DNA of 64,000 nucleotides from Escherichia phage EP75: sequence record MG748547; one strand, 5' to 3'. Shown piece by piece: positions 27,830 to 37,932 of this stretch (position 1 is its first letter; each line of letters starts with the position of its first letter). The notes under the pieces were generated by a model. It saw only the letters and a program-made list of their open reading frames with translations, ran no database searches and was not told where the DNA came from. The position numbers and the translations under genes were made by a program.

Positions 27830-28243
27830 TTATTTAATCTGCAGTTTTTCAGTCAATTGCGAGATTATTTCATTACGGTCAGTCGCGTCGATACCCAGGG
27901 GTTCCGCAAGTGTCTTAAGATCATTGATATCAAGCAAAAGAAGAACTTCAACTGTAATATCGGTTGATACCACAGTACCTGGTTTCATAGGTTTACCGAA
28001 TTTATCTAACCCATAACGGCGCAAAGTTCCGGCAAGTCCGGTGAGTTCCTCTAGAAGCTCCTTAGAGCCGTCTTTATATTCACACACCCAACCGTAGTCA
28101 CCAGCGTAGACAATACCGCCGTCGCCGCCCTGAGGCACGTTATCCACCACGCGTTGCAGATAACTGGGAAGTTTATTTTCTTCCTGTGCAGTGATTTCTT
28201 GAATGGTTTGAGTGTTTTCAATTTTCTTTTGTGTCTTCGCCAT
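27830..28243 (-). CDS. Hypothetical protein
   Basis: Start moved to ATG 28243 (SD AGGAG). Confidence 0.45.
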   Translation of the reverse strand: MAKTQKKIENTQTIQEITAQEENKLPSYLQRVVDNVPQGGDGGIVYAGDYGWVCEYKDGSKELLEELTGLAGTLRRYGLDKFGKPMKPGTVVSTDITVEVLLLLDINDLKTLAEPLGIDATDRNEIISQLTEKLQIK

Positions 28244-28523
28244 GATCAGTTCTCCTATAGACTGTAATATATTTACCACAACAATTGCAGCAATAAACAT
28301 GCATGGAATATCCGTCGTCGTTAAAGTCACAGCCGCCACAACGACAAAATAATTTCACGAACTGGTCGCCTATGACTTCTCTCGGAGGAAAATTCCTGAA
28401 CGAGTATTCCTTGAGTTCTCCATCAAATTGGAATGAATCAACAAGGAATTTTGTTTTCCGGCGTAATGAACCAAATGCTTGTTGTTCATACACGAAGTAA
28501 ACATCTCTAGTTTCCATATTCAC
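28218..28523 (-). CDS. Zinc-ribbon-like small protein
   Basis: 101 aa with CRCGGC...CCNCC. Confidence 0.4.
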   Translation of the reverse strand: MNMETRDVYFVYEQQAFGSLRRKTKFLVDSFQFDGELKEYSFRNFPPREVIGDQFVKLFCRCGGCDFNDDGYSMHVYCCNCCGKYITVYRRTDHGEDTKEN

Positions 28524-28530
28524 CTCAAAG

Positions 28531-28555
28531 AAAAGGAGGCCGAAGCCTCCCTTTT
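28531..28555 (-). terminator. Intrinsic terminator after the rIIB-like gene
   Basis: Minus strand GGGAGGC-TTCG-GCCTCC followed by TTTTCTTT. Confidence 0.65.
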
Positions 28556-28569
28556 ATATCCATTTACAC

Positions 28570-30153
28570 TTACTTGTATAGACCTTCAACATCAATGGAT
28601 TTATGTTGGCGGTTGTATTCCGTGGTGTAATCGTCTAATACCAGATATTCACAGCAGCGGATTTTACTGGAGCCATAATCATCAGTGATAGACACGATAT
28701 CTTTCGGGTTCAGTTTGCAACGGACAACGCGTTGTCCCAGGCTACCAAAACATTGTTTCAGATAAGCCAGAGAACAAACGTGAAGACCGTAAGAGCACAG
28801 ATCTTTGTTGTTATCGTTCACGAATGAGCGAGCCATCCGAACAATGGTGCCAGGAGCATTACTAACTTTTCCTGTGCGCTTGTCCATGTAGTTACCGCGA
28901 ACGGATTTATACAGGATGATATCACCGTCTTCATGAATTTCGATATCCGAATATGCCATGAATTCATAGATTCGACCGGACTGAACCAGCGCGGCGCTCG
29001 GGTTTTGGAACATTTTGTCCAGAAAACGACCCAAGCGTTCTAAGTTCGGATAATCGCCTTTTAATGCCAGTGCCAAAATGCGTTTGGCGACGGAAGTTCC
29101 CGTGATGTCATAGCCACCCCAGCGAACACGATTGTCTGAAAGGTCAACCATGCCTGTGGTGAATTTGCTGATGGCTTCACGCGGTTTCATCAGAGTGTAC
29201 GCTGTTTTGACGTCACGATTTTTAATCGCTTCAACAATACGATCATACGCCTGATGGCTTGTGGTTATCGTTTCCGGTTTGCCATCCATAACGATAACGA
29301 TGCTTTCCGGTAAAATCATGATCTGGTGCTCATTCAAGAACACTGACAGATCTTTTTCTTTAAATGAGTTTTGAGTTTGTTTGTCGCCAGACTCTTCCTC
29401 AACAGCCGTTGTCTTAACCGAGAAAACAACAGACGACAACGCCAGTCGAAGTGTACGCCCCAGAATTGCGTCAAAGTATCCCACACGCCGACGGGCATCA
29501 AGGGAACCGCGCATCGGGTATGTTTCGCCGTCATGTTGTACACTGATTACCACGCCGTCATTGACTTTGGTAACGCCATCAACCAGTGCTGTCGCCAATT
29601 CGGCCAACGGAGAAATGTTTTCTTCATTGAAGCGGCTTGACCGAGTTTCTAACGGTTTCAGTTCTTCGCTTCTGAAAAGTTTGGCCTGAATAGCAGCAGA
29701 GCTATCGTAACGCATACAGATAAACACTGTTTGGTTTTCCAGGAAACGGCCAACATACCATTCTTCGCCTTCAGAATCGACAGACACCGAACCTTCCAGA
29801 ACTTCATAGGTGTCGGGGATTTTCCCTTCTTCAGTCAATTCTTTAATTGGCGAAATCACGACCACGTTATTAGATTCTTTGATGATACGAACCATCAGGG
29901 CGCGGGCAATTGTTTTGGCACTGACGCCATAAACTGATGCCAGAGAAGAATTGCTTTCACCTTTGCTGCTCTTGGTTTGTATTTCTTGAATCTGTTCAGT
30001 GGTCAGAGACTTAATCGAAGCTGGATCCACTCCCAGTTCTTTATCCGACACGCGTTGTATCATTGAGCGCGGTACGCCCAATTCACTGGCTATTGAACTT
30101 TGACTTCTGTTCTCATTCAACAGCTTGAGAATACGTTTTTCTATAGCATTCAT
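28570..30153 (-). CDS. rIIB: rIIB-like protein with two N-terminal HTH-like repeats (tentative)
   Basis: Immediately downstream of the rIIA-like gene. N-terminus RSQSSIASELGVPRSMIQRVS and SNSSLASVYGVSAKTIARAL look like HTH motifs. Assignment by position and memory. Confidence 0.4.
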   Translation of the reverse strand: MNAIEKRILKLLNENRSQSSIASELGVPRSMIQRVSDKELGVDPASIKSLTTEQIQEIQTKSSKGESNSSLASVYGVSAKTIARALMVRIIKESNNVVVISPIKELTEEGKIPDTYEVLEGSVSVDSEGEEWYVGRFLENQTVFICMRYDSSAAIQAKLFRSEELKPLETRSSRFNEENISPLAELATALVDGVTKVNDGVVISVQHDGETYPMRGSLDARRRVGYFDAILGRTLRLALSSVVFSVKTTAVEEESGDKQTQNSFKEKDLSVFLNEHQIMILPESIVIVMDGKPETITTSHQAYDRIVEAIKNRDVKTAYTLMKPREAISKFTTGMVDLSDNRVRWGGYDITGTSVAKRILALALKGDYPNLERLGRFLDKMFQNPSAALVQSGRIYEFMAYSDIEIHEDGDIILYKSVRGNYMDKRTGKVSNAPGTIVRMARSFVNDNNKDLCSYGLHVCSLAYLKQCFGSLGQRVVRCKLNPKDIVSITDDYGSSKIRCCEYLVLDDYTTEYNRQHKSIDVEGLYK

Positions 30154-30185
30154 CTTGTAGTTCTCACTGTGGGGTAATGGGGCTA

Positions 30186-32927
30186 TTATGCCCCGAGAAT
30201 ACGTTTTGAAATAGCCTTCACAAATCTAGTGGCATCTTCAATCGCGTTGTGTGCCGAAGGCTGATATGTTGACATCATGAATTTCACCAAACGATGACAT
30301 TCAACTCGGTATCGGTTTTTGGCCTTTTGCTTTTGAGATATAGTGCTAGTGACCTTTATCTCATCAAATCCTTCAGCAGTTAATTTTTCATTCAATAAAT
30401 CAACAACTTGAGTTAACTGGTTACAGGCGCGGAAAAATCTCGTAGTTGAGAAAGGCATTTCTATATGATAATGTAATTCCTCAACAGCCTTGCGGAAATA
30501 ACCGTACCCCGATCCAGACGGATTTCGTTTGGCCAGCATACGAACAATCTTCCATTCTTCTTCAGTGATTTGTTGTTTCGCATAACCGATGATTGCTTTT
30601 GCCCTGTGTTGATGATGGGCATAGCCATCCGTAACTTTTCCATGGGAATCAATCAACAGCTTGGCACCATAATCAATGCGATGAGACATGATGTTTATGC
30701 CCTTGCGAAGTTTCAGGAGTTTCTTAGATTCAAGCGCCTGAAATTCATCTTTATAATGCTCAAGCAACATATCAAACACTGCGTCAATGGGGATGAATAC
30801 TTCAGGAAATTTCTTCATCATCGGAACAGATTTACGACGCGCAAGAACGATTGTTGGATGTGCTCCCAGCAAATCAAACAGGTTTTCGTTTCCATTCTCG
30901 CCGAACTTCGTTCTTTCCATCGCTTCACGCAAATGTCCAGCCGTGGATTGTCGTAAGGTATTACCATGAATTTTATGGATACCTTCTCGGCCAGATACTT
31001 CGATATATACGATCTTTTTGCCCGAATCAATAATATCTGAAACGGTTTTTCCATCTAATTCATAAACGCTGTCGAAGTTAAATGAATTGTAATGGAAACT
31101 AAACATCCCAGGATCTTTTTCAACGGTCGGGCGAACATATTCCATTTCATGCATGAAATAGACTTCATCCGGATTGAATAAATCGCCAAAGACCTCGATC
31201 AGTTTATCGGCAAAGACCAGGTAGTCCGGCGTTGTTTCTTGTACACCGATCCATGATTCAAAATAAGACTTCAATTCCTCATGGTTGGTAAATGATTCTT
31301 TATGTGCCGCCAGCTGATTCCGATTACTGAAATAATTTTCATTCGGTTTGACGACGATAACGACATTGAAGTTATTGCGTGCTGTTTGTATCTTCAGGTT
31401 TCGAGCACGATTCGAGTTATCAATAATAACAGCAATTTTTGATTTAGATTTCAACCAATTTCCGACAGAGTTCACATAAATGCTGTCGTGTACTACACCG
31501 TTGTCGTGTACTTCAATTTCGTAAGGACTACCAATAGACCGGAAAGGTGCATCCAAAGAGTAATCGCGCACGACGTCCGGCGCTCCGATATAACGGAACG
31601 TGCCTTTGTAGAAACGGTTATCTGCAGGAAATTCTCGCTCCACTAATTTACGGAAACCGCTACCGAACATATCAGTCAGCTGAGTCTTTTTCATATACAA
31701 CATAAGAGGACCCATTGACTCCGCTTGGCGAAGTTCATACATCTTCGCTTGCATGATATTTTCGGCCACATGCTTGAACACGCGGTTCAGGCTTTCACGA
31801 GTGAATTCGTCGTATGACAAGTCTTCGCGTGACGGCGGTACATTCAGTTCTCCAAGTTCGAAGAAGGTATAGGAACTCGGGAATTTTTCCAGCACGGTGC
31901 ATATTTCAGAGTCCAATTGGTCGAGATCTATCGGGTAAGAAACCCCGCCCATGACAGCATAGTGGATGTTGTCGGAATCTGACTTCGGTTGGATATATGT
32001 GTTGCCTACACGGTTTTCGAAGTTGATGTCAGACCAACGGAAAGAATAACTGGCGTTTTCAACCTTCGGTCGCATTGAAGGTCGCATCACTCGACCCAAA
32101 CGGACCAACTCTTGTTCAAAGGCGGTAAAACGCTGATTCTTTACAGGAACTTTAACAGTCAGGCCGTTGAACTCATCAGTGTCTTCCGGTTTAGGATCAC
32201 GGGTATCTAAATCCTTGGTAATGAGATCTACAGTTGGGATTCTGTCCGCATTCAGATACATCAGGAAGCGATACAGTTTCCCTTCATAGCGACTTTCTAC
32301 TGTAAATGAATCAGATACCGCAAATGGGGATTTAGAACCTAGCCCAAACGCCCCTATTTGCCCGTCGTCGTCCTCTTTTGTACTATGGAAGAGTGTTGTA
32401 TACAAACCAGGACCACGAATGATCTCGCCATCCTCAGCGCGGAATACCAGTACCCCATTATAATAACCAGGTGTACCAATAACAGCAGTGCTATCAGGGA
32501 TTTCGTCTTCCTTCACGACGATATTACCTTCAACCAGCACTTCATCTTCACGCGCTGTAATAGGCTCGCCGATGATCATTTCTAATGGAAGACCAACCCC
32601 ATAATCTTTAATTTCCAGCCAGGGTTCCATAACATCCGGTAAATGTACAACAACAGGAGTTCCCTTGGGGGCAAGATGTTTGCTGTATCGTTGAGGCATA
32701 GGAGTGAGAGGAGCATAATGCGATGGCATCCAGCGTTGTTGGCGATCACGCATATTATGTGAGTCTATACCATTACACAACGTCTCACGCAAAGACGCCG
32801 CCTCTTTATATTTGTAGAGACTTGAAAATAATGTTTCAAATAATTTATCCGTCATCTTGACATTGAATGTCTGTCCGACGATGGTAGAAGAAGAGCGCAC
32901 GAAATGCTCGGACTTGCGCATTTTCAT
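30186..32927 (-). CDS. rIIA: rIIA-like GHKL-ATPase protein
   Basis: 913 aa. N-box ETLCNGIDS, DYGVGL, GAFGLGSKSPF (GHKL G1/G2 boxes) as in T4 rIIA. Confidence 0.6.
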   Translation of the reverse strand: MKMRKSEHFVRSSSTIVGQTFNVKMTDKLFETLFSSLYKYKEAASLRETLCNGIDSHNMRDRQQRWMPSHYAPLTPMPQRYSKHLAPKGTPVVVHLPDVMEPWLEIKDYGVGLPLEMIIGEPITAREDEVLVEGNIVVKEDEIPDSTAVIGTPGYYNGVLVFRAEDGEIIRGPGLYTTLFHSTKEDDDGQIGAFGLGSKSPFAVSDSFTVESRYEGKLYRFLMYLNADRIPTVDLITKDLDTRDPKPEDTDEFNGLTVKVPVKNQRFTAFEQELVRLGRVMRPSMRPKVENASYSFRWSDINFENRVGNTYIQPKSDSDNIHYAVMGGVSYPIDLDQLDSEICTVLEKFPSSYTFFELGELNVPPSREDLSYDEFTRESLNRVFKHVAENIMQAKMYELRQAESMGPLMLYMKKTQLTDMFGSGFRKLVEREFPADNRFYKGTFRYIGAPDVVRDYSLDAPFRSIGSPYEIEVHDNGVVHDSIYVNSVGNWLKSKSKIAVIIDNSNRARNLKIQTARNNFNVVIVVKPNENYFSNRNQLAAHKESFTNHEELKSYFESWIGVQETTPDYLVFADKLIEVFGDLFNPDEVYFMHEMEYVRPTVEKDPGMFSFHYNSFNFDSVYELDGKTVSDIIDSGKKIVYIEVSGREGIHKIHGNTLRQSTAGHLREAMERTKFGENGNENLFDLLGAHPTIVLARRKSVPMMKKFPEVFIPIDAVFDMLLEHYKDEFQALESKKLLKLRKGINIMSHRIDYGAKLLIDSHGKVTDGYAHHQHRAKAIIGYAKQQITEEEWKIVRMLAKRNPSGSGYGYFRKAVEELHYHIEMPFSTTRFFRACNQLTQVVDLLNEKLTAEGFDEIKVTSTISQKQKAKNRYRVECHRLVKFMMSTYQPSAHNAIEDATRFVKAISKRILGA

Positions 32928-32978
32928 AGTATAGAATTCCTGTTCAGATCAAAGAAGAACACATTATTGGGTAAGGTT

Positions 32979-33003
32979 ATGATACTGGCGGGTGGTTCAA
33001 TAG
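32979..33003 (-). promoter_or_regulatory. Promoter: CTATTGAAC-N10-TATCAT upstream of rIIA-like gene
   Basis: Minus-strand box 32995-33003, -10 32979-32984, directly after terminator 33005-33026. Confidence 0.5.
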
Positions 33004-33004
33004 A

Positions 33005-33026
33005 AAAGCCTCCAATCGGAGGCTTT
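33005..33026 (-). terminator. Intrinsic terminator
   Basis: Minus strand AAAGCCTCC-GATT-GGAGGCTTTT. Confidence 0.65.
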
Positions 33027-33034
33027 AATCAGGA

Positions 33035-33388
33035 TTAACTTCCCTGAACGTTTACAACGGTGGCGTTGAAATTGAATATCGGGTGGGTGGCACCTGGCTC
33101 TAACGTCTCTTCCAGATAACCCACAATATTGCGTGTCACAGATTTCGGCTCTGCGCGGGAAGGCTTCGTTGCGCCGAGGTCAATAATGCTCGAAGTGACT
33201 TGTTCAACCTGAGTGTGATTGACAACAAAATGATAACGACTACCGAAGGCCGCAACTTCAACTTCTGTTATTTCTAAACCACTCAATTCAGAGCTGTTCA
33301 ACTGCTTCACATTCAATTGAGAGCGGAGGTGCTCTACAATATTGCTGTAAACATATTGTGGTGTGATCAGCTGTTCAATAGAACTCAT
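33035..33388 (-). CDS. Hypothetical protein
   Basis: 117 aa, followed by terminator 33005-33026. Confidence 0.45.
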   Translation of the reverse strand: MSSIEQLITPQYVYSNIVEHLRSQLNVKQLNSSELSGLEITEVEVAAFGSRYHFVVNHTQVEQVTSSIIDLGATKPSRAEPKSVTRNIVGYLEETLEPGATHPIFNFNATVVNVQGS

Positions 33389-33397
33389 GACATATCC

Positions 33398-33589
33398 TCA
33401 TTTCTTTGGGGGTTTATTGTTACTTAAACGGATCACCTCTGCTCGAAGGAAGAGGATTTCATCGGCCATCATTTTACCTTCTTGAAACATAACATGACAT
33501 CGTGATGATCTGGGTTCACCTTCCGATAATGCGTAAAGGCGATATTCGGGGATGACATCATTTACGGCGTTTCTTTTTGTTCTTTCCAT
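33398..33589 (-). CDS. Possible small protein
   Basis: Internal ATG of track ORF 33398..33691. Weak SD. Overlaps the end of 33558..33764. Confidence 0.25.
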   Translation of the reverse strand: MERTKRNAVNDVIPEYRLYALSEGEPRSSRCHVMFQEGKMMADEILFLRAEVIRLSNNKPPKK

Positions 33590-33764
33590 GGGTCTTGGCC
33601 TTTTTAGGACGACTGACGGAAGGACGAGCATGCCCAGGTTCCCCAGGGGTACACCCTTGTGCATAACGATGATCATCCCAGAGACGACCATTATGCGTCA
33701 TATCTTCAGCCATGGCGGACAAAGCAAGGGTTGCTACAGCCGCAGCAGATAATGGTTTAGACAT
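33558..33764 (-). CDS. Small secreted basic protein (signal-peptide-like N-terminus)
   Basis: ATG 33764 with SD AAGGAG. MSKPLSAAAVATLALSAMA, then Lys/Arg-rich tail. Confidence 0.35.
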   Translation of the reverse strand: MSKPLSAAAVATLALSAMAEDMTHNGRLWDDHRYAQGCTPGEPGHARPSVSRPKKAKTHGKNKKKRRK

Positions 33765-34203
33765 TTGTTTCTCCTTTTGCTGCATACGACAGAGCTTTTA
33801 CGATCATAACAGCCAAACCGATAGGATCGTATGCATTGTCGAATTCTTGTTCTATGTTCTGACGAATTTCATCAGAAGATTGTACTTCAGAGCAGTTCTT
33901 ACTCTGTCTGCGTTGCTCTTGCTCGACTAGATCTTTGAACAGAAGGTCTTTGAAAGAATACTCATCGAAGTTTTCAAGATACCGTTGGATGCTTGGTTGT
34001 TTTACATCCATCGTTTGACGCAAATTGCTAATAGTTGAACTTGCCTGTTCGCGGTGTTTGTTCATAACAGCAAAGTTAACGGGCTTGCCCCAAGCATTCA
34101 TCACTGGATTAGAGCATACTTGGCCAAAGAGATCTTGGAAGGCATCATCCATGTGGATCAACGCAGTGGCCAATTCCTCATAAGTCGGTTTTTGAGTAGT
34201 CAT
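33757..34203 (-). CDS. Hypothetical protein
   Basis: 148 aa, 4-nt overlap with the upstream gene. Confidence 0.45.
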   Translation of the reverse strand: MTTQKPTYEELATALIHMDDAFQDLFGQVCSNPVMNAWGKPVNFAVMNKHREQASSTISNLRQTMDVKQPSIQRYLENFDEYSFKDLLFKDLVEQEQRRQSKNCSEVQSSDEIRQNIEQEFDNAYDPIGLAVMIVKALSYAAKGETNV

Positions 34204-34577
34204 TTTCGTTTACTCCGATTTTTATATTTCTTAGCCTGACGTTTATGTTGGGCGGCTCCATATAGGCGCGGCGGCTTTTGATAACGTTGTGACGCAATTA
34301 TGTCTCTGTCATCGGCTTCACAATACGAAATATCTGCCTTCCGTAACTGAGCCACCGCTTGAGATACCAAGGTTTTGCGTTCACTTTCTACCAGATCATC
34401 ACAAATTATCATGCGTTCACCTGGTTCACAACGACGTTTAGGAATATCGTCTACACTGATACATTCTACTTCAACGCCTTTCAACTTTTCTTGAAGGATA
34501 AAGGCCATAGCACGAGCGCCCACCCCTCCTCCAATAATTGCAATCTTTCTTGGCTTGTCAGACATAATACATTCCAT
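34200..34577 (-). CDS. Small protein with Rossmann-type GxGxxG
   Basis: KIAIIGGGVGARA dinucleotide-binding-like motif. Only 125 aa. Confidence 0.4.
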   Translation of the reverse strand: MECIMSDKPRKIAIIGGGVGARAMAFILQEKLKGVEVECISVDDIPKRRCEPGERMIICDDLVESERKTLVSQAVAQLRKADISYCEADDRDIIASQRYQKPPRLYGAAQHKRQAKKYKNRSKRK

Positions 34578-34584
34578 AAAAAGG

Positions 34585-34621
34585 AGGATAGAGCAATAAT
34601 ACCCTATCCCCCTTTATTGAA
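34585..34621 (-). promoter_or_regulatory. Promoter cassette: TTCAATAA-N12-TATTAT in a hairpin loop
   Basis: Box 34614-34621, -10 34596-34601, stem GGATAG/CTATCC 34585-34608. Confidence 0.55.
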
Positions 34622-34627
34622 GAACGA

Positions 34628-35071
34628 TTAGTCTTTGGATTCTACTTTATCACCGCGCAGATCCTGGACGGGTTTGCCATCCGGCGACATGATGTAGATG
34701 GTGTTAATTGTCTCAAACCAGGATAGTTCATCAACTCCTTCAGTGTATGGAGTTACCGGAACTGAAGTTTTGATATGATCACCATCGTTATTTGGGGTGC
34801 CATCAGACTTCAGCACTGGCACCAGGAAGGCGAAACGACCATTTGGATAAATCACCCCGCCTTTAAACATCCGGATCTTCTTGCGAGGGTTGTTGGCCTC
34901 GCCAAGGCACACGACCAGATGATGGATCATCTCCGGACGGGTAAGCAACGTGTCGTCACGGATGATACCCTGTTTAATAGCGGAGATCACCACTTCGTCC
35001 AACAGCGCCTGCTGCTGGTCCAGCGTCAGTGATTCAGTAAGTTTCAGAGCCATTATTCGTACCCCAAACAT
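34628..35071 (-). CDS. Hypothetical protein
   Basis: 147 aa. Confidence 0.45.
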   Translation of the reverse strand: MFGVRIMALKLTESLTLDQQQALLDEVVISAIKQGIIRDDTLLTRPEMIHHLVVCLGEANNPRKKIRMFKGGVIYPNGRFAFLVPVLKSDGTPNNDGDHIKTSVPVTPYTEGVDELSWFETINTIYIMSPDGKPVQDLRGDKVESKD

Positions 35072-35185
35072 TTGTTTAAGAAAGTCAGGACATCGTCCAT
35101 GGTCTTGACCTCAATTTCAATGCCGAGTTGTTCCGCCAACTTGTTGGTGTTCTCGACGATCTCTTTGTCTCGCGCTGACATGATG

Positions 35186-35755
35186 TCAGCCTTTGAAGTT
35201 GATCGGTTTCTGAACCCCAGCGTCAAACGCGGCCTGGGTGCGGGTATCGCTCACCACCTGGCAGGTCTTGTCAAGATCGATGCGCGGGTAGCCAAACACA
35301 CCAGCAATCAACGAACCAGGGAACTGAGCCAGCTTGGTTTCGTACATCGCGCAGATGTCAAGCTTCTTGGTCTGACTGATACGGAACTCATCGCGGCCTG
35401 AGCTGATGACAACCTGGATCTCTTTGTACAGGCTGGAATCGAACTGAATGTTCTGTTCCTGGATCCACTGCATCACAGCCTTGGAACCATCAGCGCCATA
35501 ACGCCCTTCGAATGTACCTTTGATCACTTCCTTCAGGCCGTCTTTGTACATGTCAGGAATCTGCGCCGTCTCCTGAACTTTGAGCGTGTAGTTGCTCAGG
35601 TAGTTCTCGGAGTCTTTGTTGAACTTCTTGACCTGCTGCTCAGTGCGGTTGAAGTCGTTGAAATAACTGACGAAACTACCAACACCGATTACAACAAAAG
35701 CCAGAATCGCCAAACCGATGATCCAACCAATTGAAATACCTTTACGCTGCGACAT
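35186..35755 (-). CDS. N-terminally anchored membrane protein (LemA-like, tentative)
   Basis: One TM helix GWIIGLAILAFVVIGVGSFV, then a roughly 150-aa soluble domain. LemA-like architecture. Confidence 0.35.
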   Translation of the reverse strand: MSQRKGISIGWIIGLAILAFVVIGVGSFVSYFNDFNRTEQQVKKFNKDSENYLSNYTLKVQETAQIPDMYKDGLKEVIKGTFEGRYGADGSKAVMQWIQEQNIQFDSSLYKEIQVVISSGRDEFRISQTKKLDICAMYETKLAQFPGSLIAGVFGYPRIDLDKTCQVVSDTRTQAAFDAGVQKPINFKG

Positions 35756-35770
35756 CTTTACTTCCTCTTG

Positions 35771-36880
35771 TTAAAACAAACGTTTGTAAGTGCGACCATT
35801 GTACTGCATATGGCCTAATATGAAAATTGCGGTAAACGGAACACAACCTAATAAAACGACGATAATCACTTCCCATGTCTTGAGGTCACGCCATTTCAGA
35901 TACTCCATTTCCTTCATTTCAACGCGGTTATAGCCTTTGCTTATATTGACTGCAACTTCTTGGAATACTGATATCCCCATGGGTTTGCCAGTCAATGAAA
36001 GACCGTTTCGGGAATGAAGTTCCATGTTATTCATCCCATCAGCAAATGACGTGGATTTACCCCAATTGATTTTCATATCCTTCGATATGTCAGTAACCAC
36101 AATGACATCGTTCTTTTTACCACCAGACCATGCATATAGCAGCCCCTGAAAATATTCCACAGGCTGGCCAGAAGTCACTACCCACACGATATTGACCTGA
36201 CGTGATGCCCCCAATGTTTTCAAAGTGTTGTTCAGATAATCATTCCAATAATCAACGGGAATATCCATCCCTGACATATTCAAAACACGGGTTACTCGGT
36301 AATAATCATACACCCTCGGATATGACGGGATATGATCTTTGAACTTCTCAGCGAATTGCTGGTCAGATTTAGAGAATAATGAATCTTTGTTGCCCAGCAC
36401 ATAATTCATATATGAATGTTCACGTGCCGCAGGTTCCCCGATTTTAACTTGTGCCCAACGCGGAGGCTCTGTAGTACCCTGACGATCAATACGGTCAATG
36501 CTCAGATCACCGACGGTTGTTAATACGTCCCAATCAACGTCATAAGAGTGCTCATAGCACGTGCTGCAATGACGCGTTTGTGTACAAGATCGGTTATTTC
36601 CTGAACCAGAGCAAGAAGTTGTGTAATAGCACATACATTCATAAGAATGGCTACAACCCACCTTATTTCGTTGCTTGTCAGTAACGTACCCATTCAAAAT
36701 TTCAACATCTCCCGAACTACCCAGGGAAAATGCAGCGTATGCTCCCGACTGGATAAGGCAAGACAATACGATAACAATGGCCGTGGCGATCAAAGTCTCC
36801 TTTGGCTCATGAGTCTTGCGGTGATATATCACAAACAAGATGGCCAAAATTACAGGAACCACAAACAGAAGGTAAATCAT
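35771..36880 (-). CDS. Membrane protein with Cys-rich ectodomain
   Basis: TM helices at both ends. CSHSYECMCYYTTSCSGSGNNRSCTQTRHCSTC cluster. Confidence 0.45.
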   Translation of the reverse strand: MIYLLFVVPVILAILFVIYHRKTHEPKETLIATAIVIVLSCLIQSGAYAAFSLGSSGDVEILNGYVTDKQRNKVGCSHSYECMCYYTTSCSGSGNNRSCTQTRHCSTCYEHSYDVDWDVLTTVGDLSIDRIDRQGTTEPPRWAQVKIGEPAAREHSYMNYVLGNKDSLFSKSDQQFAEKFKDHIPSYPRVYDYYRVTRVLNMSGMDIPVDYWNDYLNNTLKTLGASRQVNIVWVVTSGQPVEYFQGLLYAWSGGKKNDVIVVTDISKDMKINWGKSTSFADGMNNMELHSRNGLSLTGKPMGISVFQEVAVNISKGYNRVEMKEMEYLKWRDLKTWEVIIVVLLGCVPFTAIFILGHMQYNGRTYKRLF

Positions 36881-37263
36881 AACACACCATCCACGAGTTG
36901 TTCCTTCGTCATACCAAGAAGTTGATTTTTATGAGAACTGTGCGCCCCGTTCAATTTGAGCAATTCCCAGCGTTCTTCATGATACTGTGGAGTTATTGCA
37001 TCGTCAAAAGAAACATGGTGGCGATGCATAATTGTTGCAACGGTGTGAAGAACGATTGCTGTTGCTCTTTTTAAAGCACGTGTATCCGTGATGTGGTCTT
37101 CGTATTCGATTCCCATCAAATCGAGTTCTTTTCGGATATATGCTATAGACAAATCACCTTCAGAATGCAATTTAACGATAGTCGCTTTCTTAGGATGTAA
37201 CACGCCGTCTGTTTCTTTCATGAACAGATCGTACAAATATTGTTTGTATTCGGGGCGCTTCAT
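36877..37263 (-). CDS. Hypothetical protein
   Basis: 128 aa. Confidence 0.45.
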   Translation of the reverse strand: MKRPEYKQYLYDLFMKETDGVLHPKKATIVKLHSEGDLSIAYIRKELDLMGIEYEDHITDTRALKRATAIVLHTVATIMHRHHVSFDDAITPQYHEERWELLKLNGAHSSHKNQLLGMTKEQLVDGVL

Positions 37264-37481
37264 CTCGTAATCCCTCCGGCACAGATAATATTCAGTTCAC
37301 CGCGACGGAAACCGCCTTGCCCACCGTTCAATTTAGTCGGAAGCGTATCTTGAACTTTTTGTGCGAACCCTTCCGACACTACCAGATGACCCTTTTCTTG
37401 TTTCGGGGTAGATTCAAAATAATCGCCAAATGTCGCTTCCATATCGAGCACAGACATGTCTTCAATTCGTTGCATTGCCAT
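37260..37481 (-). CDS. Hypothetical protein
   Basis: 73 aa. Confidence 0.4.
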   Translation of the reverse strand: MAMQRIEDMSVLDMEATFGDYFESTPKQEKGHLVVSEGFAQKVQDTLPTKLNGGQGGFRRGELNIICAGGITR

Positions 37482-37492
37482 GATATAGGACC

Positions 37493-37684
37493 TCAGTATA
37501 ATTTCGTATAAACTTGTTTAACGCCAATATCGGCAGGAGCTGTGCTCTGCTGCATATTATAGAATGCCAAATCTGCTTGTTCTTTGTTTTCAAAATCAAC
37601 TACAACTGTGTGTACTGATATTGCTTCACCCTGTCCATAAGCATAACAACGGCTGGTGACCAATATTTTGTATTGAGGTGTCAT
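37493..37684 (-). CDS. Hypothetical protein
   Basis: 63 aa. First gene after promoter/terminator hairpin 37704-37745. Confidence 0.4.
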   Translation of the reverse strand: MTPQYKILVTSRCYAYGQGEAISVHTVVVDFENKEQADLAFYNMQQSTAPADIGVKQVYTKLY

Positions 37685-37703
37685 AAATCAATCCTTGCAA
37701 AAG

Positions 37704-37745
37704 AAAGGGGAACGGGCTAATAATAACCCATTCCCCTTTATTGAA
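37704..37745 (-). promoter_or_regulatory. Overlapping terminator and promoter: TTCAATAA-N12-TATTAT in the loop of a 9+3-bp hairpin
   Basis: Box 37738-37745, -10 37720-37725, stem AAAGGGGAA/TTCCCCTTT 37704-37739, followed on the minus strand by TTTCTTTT. Confidence 0.6.
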
Positions 37746-37764
37746 GAACGCAATCGCAGTCAGA

Positions 37765-37932
37765 TTACTTTTTCTTCAGCTCTTCCAGCTTGGCTTCAAT
37801 TTGGTCCAGAATCTCTTTACCTTTCTGGACGATGGCTTCACCGTCTTGCGCGTGTTTACGAAAAACCAGAGCGCCAGCTACGAAGCCGACAACAACGCCA
37901 GGAAGCGCATACACCAACAGATCTTGTAACAT
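37765..37932 (-). CDS. Small membrane-anchored protein (55 aa), not in ORF track
   Basis: Own translation: MLQDLLVYALPGVVVGFVAGALVFRKHAQDGEAIVQKGKEILDQIEAKLEELKKK. SD GAGGA 8 nt upstream. Terminator follows. Confidence 0.4.
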   Translation of the reverse strand: MLQDLLVYALPGVVVGFVAGALVFRKHAQDGEAIVQKGKEILDQIEAKLEELKKK

